A DNA stretch of 64,000 nt from Octopus vulgaris (GCA_951406725.2 OX597814.1:219914001-219978000), one strand, 5' to 3'; numbered from the stretch's first letter, positions 17,866 to 30,965 are shown. Translations and numbers: made by a program. The notes: generated by a model not told the origin, from the sequence alone.

Positions 17866-17992
17866 ACGTGCTAAAGAGTGTGCGTGAGATAACAAAAGTA
17901 ATAAACGAAGATAATAAAATTAAAATTAGGGAATGGGTCTGTATTTGTATGTATATATATATGTGTGTATGTGTAGGTATGCATAGGTACAC

Positions 17993-18054
<62 letters not shown>

Positions 18055-18637
18055 ATGTATGTGTGTGTATATATGTGTGTATGTGTATATATGTGTATAT
18101 AGGGACTAGTGTGCTGTGTGTGCATGTGTGTGTGTGGATTTGTGTGTGTATGCGTGTATGTGAGTATGTGTGTGTATGTGTATATATATTTTTCTGTGTG
18201 TATATGTATGTGTGGTCGTGTGTGTATATATACATGTGTGTATACGTGTGTGCATGTGAGTGTGTGTATGTATACATATATGTGTATGTGTAGATATGTA
18301 TATGTATGTGTAAGTGTATATATATGTATATATATGTGTGTGTGTATGTATATGTATATATGTTTGTATGCGTGTGTATATATGTATACATATGTGCATA
18401 GGTATAAGTGAGAATCTCCTTATTTACCTAAAACTCTATTCCCCCTTTTTATATATATATTTTTTTTTATTTATATATTTTTTTTTTTTATTTATTCTTC
18501 TATCTAATTTAACACTGACTCCTTGACCACTCCCCCAAGTATGATATTTTGCGCTATGCCTACCCCCAAAAAGTCCCCCACCAACACCCCTTTAAACCTG
18601 CCTAAATGTATAAATGCCAATACAATTCTTGTTAACT

Positions 18638-18688
18638 AGCTTCCTGAAGATTTCTCTTGAATGAAACAGTTCTAGTCCTGTAGAAGCT
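18638..18688 (+). ncRNA. Type I hammerhead ribozyme (inverted copy of 14301-14351)
   Basis: Same sequence on the + strand. Confidence 0.85.
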
Positions 18689-18693
18689 CCTTC

Positions 18694-18754
<61 letters not shown>

Positions 18755-18767
18755 TATATACATATAC

Positions 18768-18814
<47 letters not shown>

Positions 18815-18860
18815 CATACATATACATATATATATATATGTATATATATGTATATGTATA

Positions 18861-18933
<73 letters not shown>

Positions 18934-18944
18934 AGAAAATCATC

Positions 18945-19301
18945 AATTAATCAATATAGGGTAGCAAAAAATTCAATAGAAATTTTTTCGCCACCAGCGG
19001 TCTAGTGAGAAAGAGAAAATAGTCAGAGGCTATATATATATATATATATATTCAACAACAATTGAGGAACGGCCTTAATAGGCCATTCGACCCACTAGAA
19101 AGAGCAGCCAGGACTCAAACCGCCAAGTAGTAGTAATTCAGAAATTAAAGGAAAATTAAAAAAGGAATGAATAGGGTAAATGTTTTTTTAATTTTCCTTT
19201 AATTTCTGAATTACTACTACTTGGCGGTTTGAGTCCTGGCTGCTCTTTCTAGTGGGTCGAATGACCTATTGAGGCCGTTCCTCAATTGTTGTTGAATATA
19301 T
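18945..19301. repeat. Fold-back copy of the 13690 family (arms ~19047-19163 / 19184-19301)
   Basis: Reverse-complement arms; homology to 13690-13925. Confidence 0.85.
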
Positions 19302-19501
19302 ACGTGCAGAGTGAAAATAAATCACACTATTTAATGTGACGGACTACACTGCAAAAAAAAAAAAAAATCACTGATTTCATTTCTGTTTACAATCTTTCTC
19401 CGTGTCTACACTAAACATACGCACAAATCCTTTTATATATACACACGCAATATTTAAGAACAAAAGGAATATACACAAAACAAGAACGAATCAAAAACAA
19501 A

Positions 19502-20007
19502 TCTATCTATATAAAACTCTAGTTGTGTGAGTGTCTGTCCCCTTCGATTTAGATTCCTAACTCCTCCCACATTTTGCGGTGCAGTTTAACCAAATTCGGG
19601 TATCTTATAGTCGTGATTCATATCGAGCCCGTCTGACTATTAGCGCGCGTCAACGATGAGTCTACGATTTTTAAAATAATTTAACATCATTTTTTATTCC
19701 ATTTTAATGCATAAAAGGCATCGTGTGTCGATGGCGGCGGAGTTGGCGTCCACGCTCACAGCTGCACCTGTTTGCTTCACCCCCTTCCCTCCCTCGTGAA
19801 GCTGTGGGGAAGGGAGTGTAAAGAAATCAACGTCGTAATGCGTTGTGAAGGAAACCAGCGTTCTTTTAGAACAACGACTTCATGGCTTGAAGACACCAAA
19901 ACAAAAATGGCTAAGAAAGCCCGAATTTATAAGGGAAGTAACTCTCTAAAAATGCTTATATAGTTATTTCCCTTACAAACCCGAGCAACGCCGGGCGATA
20001 CTGCTAG
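19502..20007 (+). mobile_element. Non-autonomous Helitron
   Basis: A|TC...hairpin-CTAG|T; shares modules with 3411-3709. Confidence 0.88.
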
Positions 20008-20060
20008 TATTTTATATTTTACTTTTATCGTATTGTTGTTTACATTTTCTGTCTCTACGG

Positions 20061-20498
20061 ATGACCAGAAGCAACAGAATCGCCATGGTGGAATCCATAG
20101 CGGCGTGCGATAAGACTGGTCGCTGCTCCAAAATAGAACACTGCCCAGAAAATCACACCTGCCACATCTGTACGGAACCCGAAAATACGTTCCGTAATCG
20201 CTGGGTCGAATGTGGGACATGCCTCATCTCTGTCTGCCTCCAATGTGCCACGGACTTTCAGAAGATCCCAGGCCAAAAAAAGAGCCATCATAATGCTATG
20301 ATGGATAGACTCTGGAAGATGGTTCAGCTTAAATCTTGGACTTTTCAGTGTCAGGCCTGCGTGCCTCCACAACCGACGATTGTGTCTCCCCCTGCCACTC
20401 CCGTGGAGGAGGCGGAACAGCAACAGCAGCAACAACAAAATCAACCACAACTAGAGCAGCAGCAGCAGCAACAACAAAATCAACCACAACCAGAGCAG

Positions 20499-20532
<34 letters not shown>

Positions 20533-21275
20533 AGCAGCAACAACAAAATCAACCACAACCAGAGCAGCAGCAGCAACAACAGCAACAACAGCAGCAACAA
20601 CAAAATCAACCACAACCAGAGCAGCAGCAGCAACAACAACAACACCAATTGACCAGTGCGGTTCTTGCAGAACTGCAACAATCGATCTGTGCTTTAAGAG
20701 GGGAAGTAGCAGGAATAAAAGCAACCATTCAGGTTGGACTCCACAATGAGGGGTCTTATCGGAATGCTCTGCTAAAGAACCTCCCTGTACCTGTACCTCT
20801 TGTCGCATCTAAGACCGCGGATTCTGCTACCCATGAAGTCATTGCCATTGGGGTGCCAGAAGACATGGCTGATCTTCAGGCATTTGCTGCCAACTCAGCC
20901 AAAGACCTAGGCTGCGTTCCCCCAACGGGTGCTATCCGCCTTGGACGACCTGGCCCAAAACCCAGGCTCATCAAGCTGTCTTTTTCGGACCACACTGAGG
21001 CAACCTCTTACCATCTGGCCTCAGTTAAAGCTGGGCGTGAAAATCGGACCACCTTCCGAACACGCCCAGGCTTACCGTCCGATGTACGTCCGAAGCTACT
21101 TGTAGCGGCTTCCCTGAATAGGAACTCAGCTCTACAGGAAAGCTTCAGTCTTCGGGAAGATGGACAAATCTGGAGATTTGTCAAGACTGATGAAACGTGG
21201 AAGAGAGATACCAGCTGGTCTGAGTGCTCTCTACCCACAATAACTAAAAAGACTACAGCAACACAGGGAAACTAA
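20061..21275 (+). CDS. LINE ORF1p: PHD-like finger, Q-rich repeats, coiled coil, RRM-like region
   Basis: CHIC..WVECGTC..CLQC..FQCQAC; (Qn-NQPQPE) repeats; IRLGRPGPKPRLIKLSF. Confidence 0.85.
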
Positions 21276-24096
21276 GCCAGGACAACCTGCCATCCTCTAC
21301 ACACCATCATAAACTGCGAGCAGGGTACAAATTGTTGTCCTTAAATGCTCGCAGTTTATGCAACAAAATACATTTGTTCAACGCCTACGTCAGAAGTGTT
21401 GACCCTGACTTCATCACTGTCACGGAAACATGGGCGCATTCCTTACTCTGTGATGGGGTTTTCAACATTACGGGGTACAACCTCTTCCGTAAGGACCGCA
21501 CTAACCGCCGTGGTGGTGGTGTGATGGTCTACGTTCGTTCAAATTTTTTGGTAATTCCTTGTGCCGATTTGAACGAATCACAAGAAGAAGTTTTTTTCTG
21601 TGACGTACGTATGACCATGTCAACACTCCTGCTTGGCGTTGTTTATCGTCCCCCAAATTACCATCAGGACACACAGCTTTGCAACATCCTCCGAGCTGCT
21701 GCCAGGAAAACAGCCACTTATGTGTTTATTGCAGGCGATTTCAATCATCCTGAGATCGATTGGGAAACCTTCCATTGGCCACAGAGTGCAAACGATTTTG
21801 TTGAGCTTGTGCTGGACTCAAACTGGTCACAAGTAGTCACCTCTCCAACAAGAGGCGACAACACCTTGGACCTGCTCTTCACCACAACTCCTGAAGCGGT
21901 TATCAATTGCACTACGGAGGAACCTCTAGGTGACTCTGATCATGCTATGATCATCGCCAATCTGGCTCTTGCGGGCAACAAACACCTGAACCATCTCCAA
22001 TCTGCTTCCTTCGATTGGAAGAGAGCAGATTGGAACCTGTACCACACTGAACTACAGCACCCAAACTGGCGTGAATTCTACAACTCTGGAGATGTGAATA
22101 CTATACTCCAGAGTATCCTGGACTCAATATGGGCAGCATGTGCAGCATCAGTGCCACGTAAACAAAAAAGAAGAACCGCCCCAAAAGGGCAATTTGGGAA
22201 ACTTCAGCGGTCCGACTTGCCAGGAAGGAACGTCGGACTGCTGAACAGGAATACAAGTTGCATAAATCAGACACCAACAGGAAGAAGCGGAATAAATCCT
22301 CCAACCATCTCAAGCAAGTGACAAAAAATGCAGTGCTTGAATTTGAACAGTGCATAGCAGCCAATCCTGACAGCAAGGTTTTCTGGAAATACGTGCATTC
22401 AAAGCAGAGACCTCACTCTCCAGTGGGCCCTCTTCGCAACCCTCACACAAACCAGATCACTGACGACCCCAAGGAATGCGCAGAACTCATTGCCGAGTGC
22501 TATGCAAACATATTCACTGTTGAAAGTCAAAATGTACCATCTTCACCATCACTAACAGCAAACTCCATAACAACTATGGAATTTACACCTGCAATGCTGC
22601 GACGTCACCTTCAAAATAAGCGCAACTATGCCTCCCCTGGTCTCGATGGAGTTACATACCTGCTTCTCAAACGTGGCAGGCACTTCCTTTTACACCAGCT
22701 TTCTATTTTCTTCCAGTACTGTCTCAACAATGGTGCTACTCCGGAGCAGTGGAAAACTGCCAGTGTCATTCCTCTGTTCAAAAAGGGTGACCGCACATCA
22801 CCTGTCAACTATCGCCCAGTCAGTCTCACTAGCTGTATTGCAAAACTGATGGAATCGTGTGTCAGAGAAACACTCTGGAACTTCTGGAGCTCTCACAGTC
22901 TCATCCGACCCTCACAATATGGATTTGTCCCTAACTCCAGCTGCAGTGACCAGCTTGTCGAGTTCCTTGAGGACATTACTCAGATCACTGACAGTGGCTC
23001 ATGGGTGGATGTTGTCTACCTTGACTTTGCTAAGGCTTTCAACTCTGTGCCACACAAAAGGCTTATGGTGAAACTCTCTGCAATGGGTGTGGGGGATGAC
23101 CTTTTTAACTGGTTGAAATCCTTCATCCTCAGCCGAAAGGAGGTAGTCACAGTTCTAGGACAGCACTCTACACCATATGAGATGTCATCGGGTGTACCAC
23201 AGGGATCTGTCCTTGGTCCCCTCCTGTTTGTGGCATACATTAATGACATAGATGCCAATTTAAAGAATGCCACAGTATTGAAATATGCAGACGACATCAA
23301 GCTGTACCTTGAAATCAAGAGGACTGATCCTGATGTCTACAACTCTTTCCTGCAATCAGACCTAGACACAATGCAGCAATGGATCATAGACTGGCAACTG
23401 AAACTGGCTGTGGACAAGTGTACCACCATGCATTTTGGGAGAAAAAACCCTGCGTCCACATACTCCCTCCACAACACTGATATCAAGAAATCCTCTTGCG
23501 AGCGTGACCTAGGTATCACTGTCAGCAGTGATTTGCGTTGGACAAAGCATATCTCTAAAATTGTCAAGAAGGCCGAGGGTGTCTTGGCATCACTCAGCAA
23601 GACTTTTGTTAGCCGCTCTCCAGCCATCTATTTAAAACTGTATACAGCTATGGTACGACCACACTTGGAATTCGCATCATCAGTTTGGAATCCCTATCTT
23701 GCTCAGAACATTGACCTCCTGGAATCTGTCCAGAGACGTGCAACTAAACGCATACCCTCCATCAGACACCTACCATATTCTGAGCACCTTGTTTCCCTGG
23801 GCATGGATTCACTGAAGCTCCGGCGTCTGGCGACGGACTTGGTAAACACCCACAAGGTTATCAACCACCTCACCAACAACAACACTGAACACCTTTTTGA
23901 TCTCCATGTGTCTAACACACGTGGACATGCCTACAAAGTCAGAAAACAGCACAGCTCCCATGACTTTCGGAAACATTTTTTCACGCTCAGAGTTGCTGAA
24001 GCATGGAATAAACTGCCTGCGTCAGTTGTTGACTGCCATGACACTGCATCCTTTAAGGCCCTCATGCTTTCCGAAATCCGCCGAAACTACACCTGA
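21266..24096 (+). pseudogene. LINE ORF2 (APE endonuclease + RT), one frameshift near 22170-22200
   Basis: LSLNARS, VTETW, VYRPP, AGDFNHP, DSDH; NYRPVSLTS, SGVPQGSVLGPLLF, YADD. Confidence 0.93.
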
Positions 24097-24213
24097 TTAT
24101 ATATACACTTTAGATGAGTTGTAGTGCACCTGAGCACTGTACACAATTATTATTATTATTATTATTATTATTATGTATACGTATGTATGTATATATATAT
24201 ATGTATATGCGTG

Positions 24214-24258
<45 letters not shown>

Positions 24259-24260
<2 letters not shown>

Positions 24261-24660
24261 CGTAAGGTGTACTAGCCATCTGAATGTGGCTAGCCACTGG
24301 GGGTGGGGTGTTATTGATGCTTTTAGCCCCAGGCGATCAACGTCACCAGATGGACTTTAGACACTATCTCAGTGCCCTTGTGTTATTTGCAAAGGGAGGT
24401 CATCCTCCCTCGAAGACCTAAGTACTACATACGGACTATAGTTTCAAGGTAATTGCCTCTCGTCAACGCATGGTAAGCACCGGTCTTCGATGAAGGAGTC
24501 CCCTTGCAAATAATATATAACGTTTTTCGTTGTCGAGCGGTTACTGTTTATATCTCGTTCAGAGATTTATTATTGCTTTCAGACAGTTTTTCTAAATCAG
24601 TGACATTATTTGCAAGGGGACTCCTTCATCGAAGACCGGTGCTTACCATGCGTTGACGAG
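24259..24660 (-). mobile_element. Retrozyme-like unit: long hairpin 24383-24513 capped by a hammerhead; partial inverted copy 24605-24660
   Basis: ttatttgcaa(a/g)ggga, gaagacc/ggtcttc nested stems; exact inverted copy ending inside the ribozyme core. Confidence 0.75.
24428..24472 (-). ncRNA. Minimal type I hammerhead, U3 variant, GUC site
   Basis: CAUGCG-UUGACGA-[GAGGCAAUUACCUU]-GAAA-CUAUAG-UC-CGUAUG. Confidence 0.82.
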
Positions 24661-24806
24661 TACTTTTACAGAGCTTAAAAAAATTGAAGGACCGCTGCAA
24701 TAAATGTGTGCATCTGAGAGAGGAATTTGATGAATAAAATCACAATTAACTGACCCTCCTGTATTTTCTTTTACCCAAAGTCAGGCACTTTCAAGTACCC
24801 TCTCGG
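24661..24806 (+). mobile_element. mariner transposon 3' remnant
   Basis: LKKLKDRCNKCVHLREEFDE* resembles mariner C-terminus, followed by TIR-like sequence. Confidence 0.55.
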
Positions 24807-25081
24807 ATTTCATTTTTATTGAGCTGTGGAGAGATTTGAACTCAGAGCACGTGGGAATAATTTCATATTAAAAAAACAAAAACAAACAAACAGGTATTCA
24901 TAATTTCTATTCTACAAATTAGAAAAAAATCTACCTTGTAATTTGTGCATTAGAAATTATTACGTGTTTAGGGCATCAAGGGAAGGCGGACACCACAGAA
25001 GTGGTAAATGGCTCGCAGCACGAAAGAAATTACTTTAAACTTACTAAAATAATATTCGGGATGTCTTATCTCTACGAAGTA

Positions 25082-25139
25082 CAGTGATCCCTCGCTACTT
25101 CGCGGTTCAATTATCGCAGATTCACGACTTCGCGGATTT

Positions 25140-25189
<50 letters not shown>

Positions 25190-25928
25190 TTTGATTTTTC
25201 CAGTTTCAGCTAATGAGCTGTGGCCATGCTGGGGCACCGCCATTTATATATATATATATGAACACCTAAAATTTTTCATTAAATCCATTAAAATATTAAT
25301 GATAAATATTATTTCCTAGTCTAAGAACAACAAAACAAGCGTAAAATAGCAAAAAAGCATATACAGGTGTATTTGAACTTAAGACGGTCTGTGATTGGTG
25401 CAATGGAGAGAGACGACGAATCCCGAGGTGCAAGGGAGAGAGTCAGGAATCCCTGCGCGATGCTCTTTGAACGGAAAAAGAAGCAGCGGCAGCAACTTCG
25501 TATCAGAATGTTTTTGCAGCTTCGCAAAAAAGAGCCAGTTCCTGCTGCTGCTACTACTACGGCTGCACCTTCGGAAGAAGTAGAAAAGGTGTCCCAGGAA
25601 AGGGCACCGCCGCCAGCTCTCTTCTTCATCATTTCTACTGCGCAGCAAATTCATCATCATCATCATTCAAATTTTACTTCAACTTCTTTCGCGTTGAGTA
25701 CAGTAACAATCTTTATTTTTTCTTTATCTAAAGTGTTATTGCTTAACAGTTGTCCTTGTTATTAATAGACTACTGTAAATGGGTGGGTTGTTAACAGTAC
25801 AGGGAGGGTTTTAAAAGGTCAACTACACGTTAAATAAATACTGTAAATATGGTGTCCCTACTTCGCGGAAATTTAGTTATCGCGGCCGGTTTCGGAACCA
25901 ATCTACCGCGATAAACGAGGGACCACTG
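25082..25928 (+). mobile_element. Tigger/pogo-type deleted DNA transposon
   Basis: TA|CAGTGATCCCTCG...CGAGGGACCACTG|TA; C-terminal remnant MLFERKKKQRQQLRIRMF. Confidence 0.85.
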
Positions 25929-26122
25929 TATAGAAGCAGATGTATAACGTAAGATTAATTTTGAGAATTTGATCAAAGACTTCGCAATTAAAAGAAAAAA
26001 TAGGAGAAAACTTTTCAAATATAAATAAAGTGGGAGTAGACAAGGAAAAATATCATTTTTCCATCTTTCCGTTAGTTTTGGTTCATTTTGTAAAATAAAA
26101 TATATTTTATGGTTTATTATTT

Positions 26123-26916
26123 AGGAGTGGCTGTGTGGTAAGTAGCTTGCTAACCAACCACATCGTTCCGGGATCAGTCCCACTGCGTGGCATCTTGGGC
26201 AAGTGTCTTCTGCTATAGCCCCGGGCCGACCAATGCCTTGTGAGTGGATTTGGTAGACGGAAACTGAAAGAAGCCTGTCGTATATATCTCTCTCTCTATA
26301 TAAACGGCAGTTTGTCTGTGCGTGTTTCTGTGTGTCTGTTTTCTCGTACCCTCACCCTGACCACGGCTTTCAACCGATTCTGATGAAACTTGACACACAC
26401 ATAGCCCAATGTCATAATTCAAAACTAACGCAGCAAAAATTTTGAAAAGTTCCCCCAGTTCTGAAAAAAATCGATAAATTCGACATGGGGTCGAGAATCA
26501 GAAACCCAAACCACAGACCGTCTAGGGGACGCAACTCCACCTTTTTTAACTCTCAAAAAAAATTAACCATCATTTTTATTCCATTTTTTTGCTATTTTTT
26601 GGCTATAACTCTCTAAAAATGCTTATATAGTTATTTCCCTTACAAACCTGAGCAACGCCGGGCGATACTGCTAGTGTATATATATATGTGTGTGTGTATA
26701 TGTTTGTGTGTCTGTGTTTGTCCCCCTAGCATTGCTTGACAACAGATGCTGGTGTGTTTACGTCCCCGTCACTTAGCGGTTCGGCAAAAGAGACCGATAG
26801 AATAAGTACTGGGCTTACAAAAGAATAAGTCCCGGGGTCGATTTGCTCGACTAAAAGGCGGTGCTCCAGCATGGCCGCAGTCAAATGACTGAAACAAGTA
26901 AAAGAGTAAAAGAGAG
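26123..26916 (+). mobile_element. SINE family A interrupted by a Helitron
   Basis: Head 26123-26286, tail 26675-26916. Confidence 0.88.
26287..26674 (+). mobile_element. Non-autonomous Helitron
   Basis: A|TC...gagcaacgccgggcgatactgCTAG|T inside the SINE's internal TA tract. Confidence 0.88.
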
Positions 26917-27177
26917 TTATATTTTGAATTACATATGTATGGTGGGGACTAAAACCTTTTAAGCGTTTAAGGCCTCTTTGAGTTTTAATCCAACCCTGAT
27001 TGTAGTACACAGCCAGAAATTTAGGGGATAGGTCTCAGTCGATCATATCGAACGCAACACTTGATGCAATATTTTATCGGTCCCAGGATTTGAACCCTGA
27101 TCGCAAAGAGCCATAAATACATACCGTTATGGACGCTTGTCCAACTCCCTGAAGATTCTGTTTATTCATTATCCTTT

Positions 27178-27822
27178 CAGAGGTTCTCAACCTGGGTCCA
27201 TATAAGAATTTGTTATTAAAGTTTGTGAAATAAATTGCTTACACTTCTACGATACACAAAATACTTTTAGCAACATTTTAAAAAACAATTCCTAATAACT
27301 ATCTTTATATATAAAAGAGAGGTTGTGTGTCTGTCTGTCTCCTACGATTTAGATTCCTAACTACTCCCACATTTTACGGTGCAGTTTAACCAAAAGTGGT
27401 ATCTTATAGTCGTGATTCATATTGAGCCCTTCTGGGTATTAGCGCGCGTCTACGATGAGTCTACGATTAAAAAAAAAAATTTACCATAATTTTTCCCATT
27501 TTTTAATGCATTTTGTTGCTATTATATAAGGGAAGTAACTCTCTAAAAATGTATTATTAAATCTCAGAACGTAAAAAGCTACAGTAACACCCCCCCTTTG
27601 TGGTTAGCCATATTGAGATGGCTATTATACTTTACATCTCTAAAAATGCTTATATAGTTATTTCCCTTACAAACCCGAGCAACGCCGGGCGATACTGCCA
27701 GTTTAATTATAAAAATGTAATAGGATTGTTTTAAACAACGAATGGTTGTGTAGTCCACCCGAGTGAAATAGAAATCAAAGTGGGGTGGTTTAGGTAAAAA
27801 AAAAAATGGTTGAGAGTCACTA
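27178..27822. mobile_element. hAT-like MITE hosting a Helitron
   Basis: Imperfect TIRs CAGAGGTTCTCAACC / GGTTGAGAGTCACTA; no clear TSD. Confidence 0.55.
27302..27701 (+). mobile_element. Non-autonomous Helitron (3' CTAG mutated to CCAG)
   Basis: Homologous to 3411-3709 with the same 3' hairpin. Confidence 0.85.
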
Positions 27823-30159
27823 GAGATAATCATACTTGTTTCTAGTTTCGGCACGGTTTAATAGGAGACAATAACAAATTATGTCGACACCATGTTAGAT
27901 TGGTATTTTTATTTTATCGATTTTGGGGTGATAAAGGGTAAAACTAACCAGGGTAGGATTTGAACTCAACATCATAATCATTAATTCTTTGAACCGCTGA
28001 TCATAATCATTTTAATTCAAGTATAGACAGACAATATTATTTGATGAGGGGACAGGTGGATAAAGTCGAATCCAGGACTTGAATAATCTTTATCGTATTG
28101 TAATTTATTTTACTGACCACTTTCCCGAGCGGGGGAAATGAAAAAGTTGGCCGAAATAACTAAATCCTGTAAAAAAATTTTGTTCGACGCGCTCACCATA
28201 TCGACAACTCACCGTCCTTTAGAGATAATTATATATATGATAACGATTTCTAACTTAGGCACAAGGCGCTGCATTTTTGAGTGAAGTGGAGATGTATAAT
28301 CAGTTATATCGAATTTATAACTTGGAATTTTCATATTTTTCATAACATTCACGGAAAACAATAAACATAGATAATAGAATTCACAAGGAACCTGCTTTGC
28401 TTGTGAGTAGTATAGCAAGTGCTTCTTTATAGTGACAAACACAGGAATGGTACACACCAGCCTGAATAGTCGAATGTATTATTCAGAATGATAAACTATA
28501 TCTTATGTAAATAAACATACGGTTATAAGCATATGAATAGTACAAAAATTAAAGTAACAAAACCATATATTACTGGGAAAATAGGTGTAAAATTATAATT
28601 ATAAGGTATTAATGTGTTTTAACTGCGGAAACCGCAGAGGCAACGGCTTCGTGTCTGTAGGAATGCAGCATCAAGCGAAATCTATGGAATCTGTTGCACT
28701 ACATGACTGCTTAATCTATTTTATGGACCCTTGAAGGATGGAATAATAGTGAAGGAGAGAAAGAGGAATATAACGAACAAAATTAACTATTACGTGCTAA
28801 GGATACTTGCTCATACATAAATATCTTTGGATTTGTTTGGATTTTGGTTATGAATCTCAACGCTGTGAAAGTATCTTCTAGCATCTACTGAATACAGCCG
28901 AACATCCGCCTATTCGACATTTATAACAGATTTCTTAGATCAAAACTCCAAATCCCTGATGTACCGGAGGAAATAATTGGATTGGTAGTGTGATGTCCAA
29001 TCAGTCCACCACGGGAGTGAGTGTAATTAATTAATAACGTAAATGACGAGACGGAAAGATGACCACTGTGTGGTCTCCCGATTTGCTAAAAACTGCAGTA
29101 AAATCTCATTCGGAATACAGAGGACTGACTTGTGACTTAACAACAACAACACCCTCAACGACGACTGAGTTGTGGCCCTGTCTCCCTCAAACGATGACGA
29201 TGGTTCTGATGTAGATGCGCATACCATCAACATCAGCATTTTCGCTTCATCGGGTCAGAAAGTTTAATATTTTCCCTACACACACACACACACACTTGAG
29301 TGAAAGAGAAGATATTTAATTTTTTATTTTTTTTTCATTGCTTTTATTAATTAGAAATTTGTATTTTTCGGGGAGGCAGGGCGAACTGTTTAGTTTTCGC
29401 CCCATCTCACATTCACATACTTTCGCCCCATCACAACTTCTTCCCTCACTCTCTCTCTCTTACCCTCTTTGAAACTAACTCTCAGCACACACGCGCCTAC
29501 AAACAAATACATTCTTCCAACTTAAATCTGCTCCGACTGCTTGGTCGAACGAAGACACATGCGAGCTCCTTTTCGCTTGATATTTATCACATGCAAGTTT
29601 TTACGATGATCATTACGACAATGAGAAGAAGAAGAAGAATAATAATAATTATCACATCAGATTTAGTCAATAAATTCGATATTAATCTTTTCCGATGTTC
29701 TGATTACCATTTATAAAAGATGTGAAACACATTTTATTCCGATATATTTATACATACTGGCAAATATACATACATGTATACATACAACATTTGCATTTTT
29801 TGGATTGTAATTACAGACTAATTAGTAGAATATCTTCACATTTTTATGAAAAGTTCGTTATTATGTATGAATCAATTTGTAAATTTCGACTGCAGCTCTG
29901 CGTGCGTGTGTGTGCGCGCGCATCATAGATTTTTTCCTTGTTGAAAATCAATGTATATGACTGAGTTAGCTGGGATTTCTTTCTAGACGAGTGGATGTTC
30001 GTTCTCAAGGTAAGATGTTATTATCTCTTTTTCTTTTTAAATCGTCTTTTTCACCTTCTTTTTCTTTCCTTCTGTACCACTATTTTATCATTATGTGTAA
30101 TCTCAATGTATCACTCTACAATGATTCCCACTGTTTTTGTCAAACCTTAATGGTTAATA

Positions 30160-30965
30160 GTTGGCAGAATCGTTAGCAGGCCAGACGAAATGCTTTGTGA
30201 CATTTCATCTGTTTTTTTAGGTTCTGAGTTCAAATCCCACCAAAGTCGACTTCGTCCTTTCACCCTTTCGGAATCGATAAAATGAAATATTTGCCGAGCA
30301 CTGGGGTCGGTGTAGACGACTAGCTCCGTTTTCCCTTAACATTGCTGGCTTTGTGCTCAAAATTTGAAAGAATTATCATTTTTGGCAGCATGCTGGCAGA
30401 ATCATTTGAGCATTGGAAGAAATTCTTTGCGGTATTTTTTCCGGTTCTTTGTATTATGAGTTCAAATCCATCAAATACCTATTCCACCTTTTAGAGTCCT
30501 GTCGAAAAATGGTTTCGATAGTGTCAACAAATACCTCCTCAAAATTGCTGGCATTGTGCCTATATGAGAAACAGTTACTATTATTATTTAAGGATTTATT
30601 CCGCCGAGGCCAACTTTGCCTTTTATCCTTACGGGGTCGATAAAATGAGTTCCAGTTAATCACTGGGGGTCGATATAATTGACTTACCCCCTCCCCGAAA
30701 TTGCTGGCCAAGTGCGAAAATTTGAAACCATTTATTAATTAAAGCATCGAGCTGGCAGAATTGTCAACTTGTGGGACAAAGTGCTAAGCAGCATTTCTTT
30801 CGGCTCTTTACATTTTGAGTTCTAATTCCGTCGAGGTCGACTCTGCTTTTCATCCTTTCGAGATCGATAAAATAAATACATAAATACCAGTTGAGCACTG
30901 GGGTCTGATCTAATTGACTCATCCATCCCCTAAAATTAATGGCATTGTACTAAAAATTGAAACCA
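30160..30965 (+). mobile_element. Cluster of about four old head-to-tail tRNA-derived SINEs (family B, Meta-domain-like)
   Basis: Repeated tggcagaa..gagttcaaat..gtcgactttgcctttcatcctttcggggtcgataa. Confidence 0.75.

Larger units (their letters stand above)
14288..18701. repeat. Large inverted repeat, ~830-bp arms (14288-15131 / 17888-18701)
   Basis: Arms near-identical including cryptic CA/TA DNA; each carries the same hammerhead. Confidence 0.88.
20008..24174 (+). mobile_element. Near full-length CR1-group LINE (5'UTR may extend upstream of the Helitron)
   Basis: ORF1, EN, RT, short 3'UTR with gtgc/gcac hairpin and (ATT)n tail. Confidence 0.92.

Noticed and set aside
26380-26395. CTGATGAAAC as a hammerhead core
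   Set aside because: No stem II or stem I pairing; lies inside a Helitron
28850-30020. Possible host promoter or exon (AAG|GTAAGA near 30010)
   Set aside because: No recognisable coding frame or partner exons; needs RNA-seq
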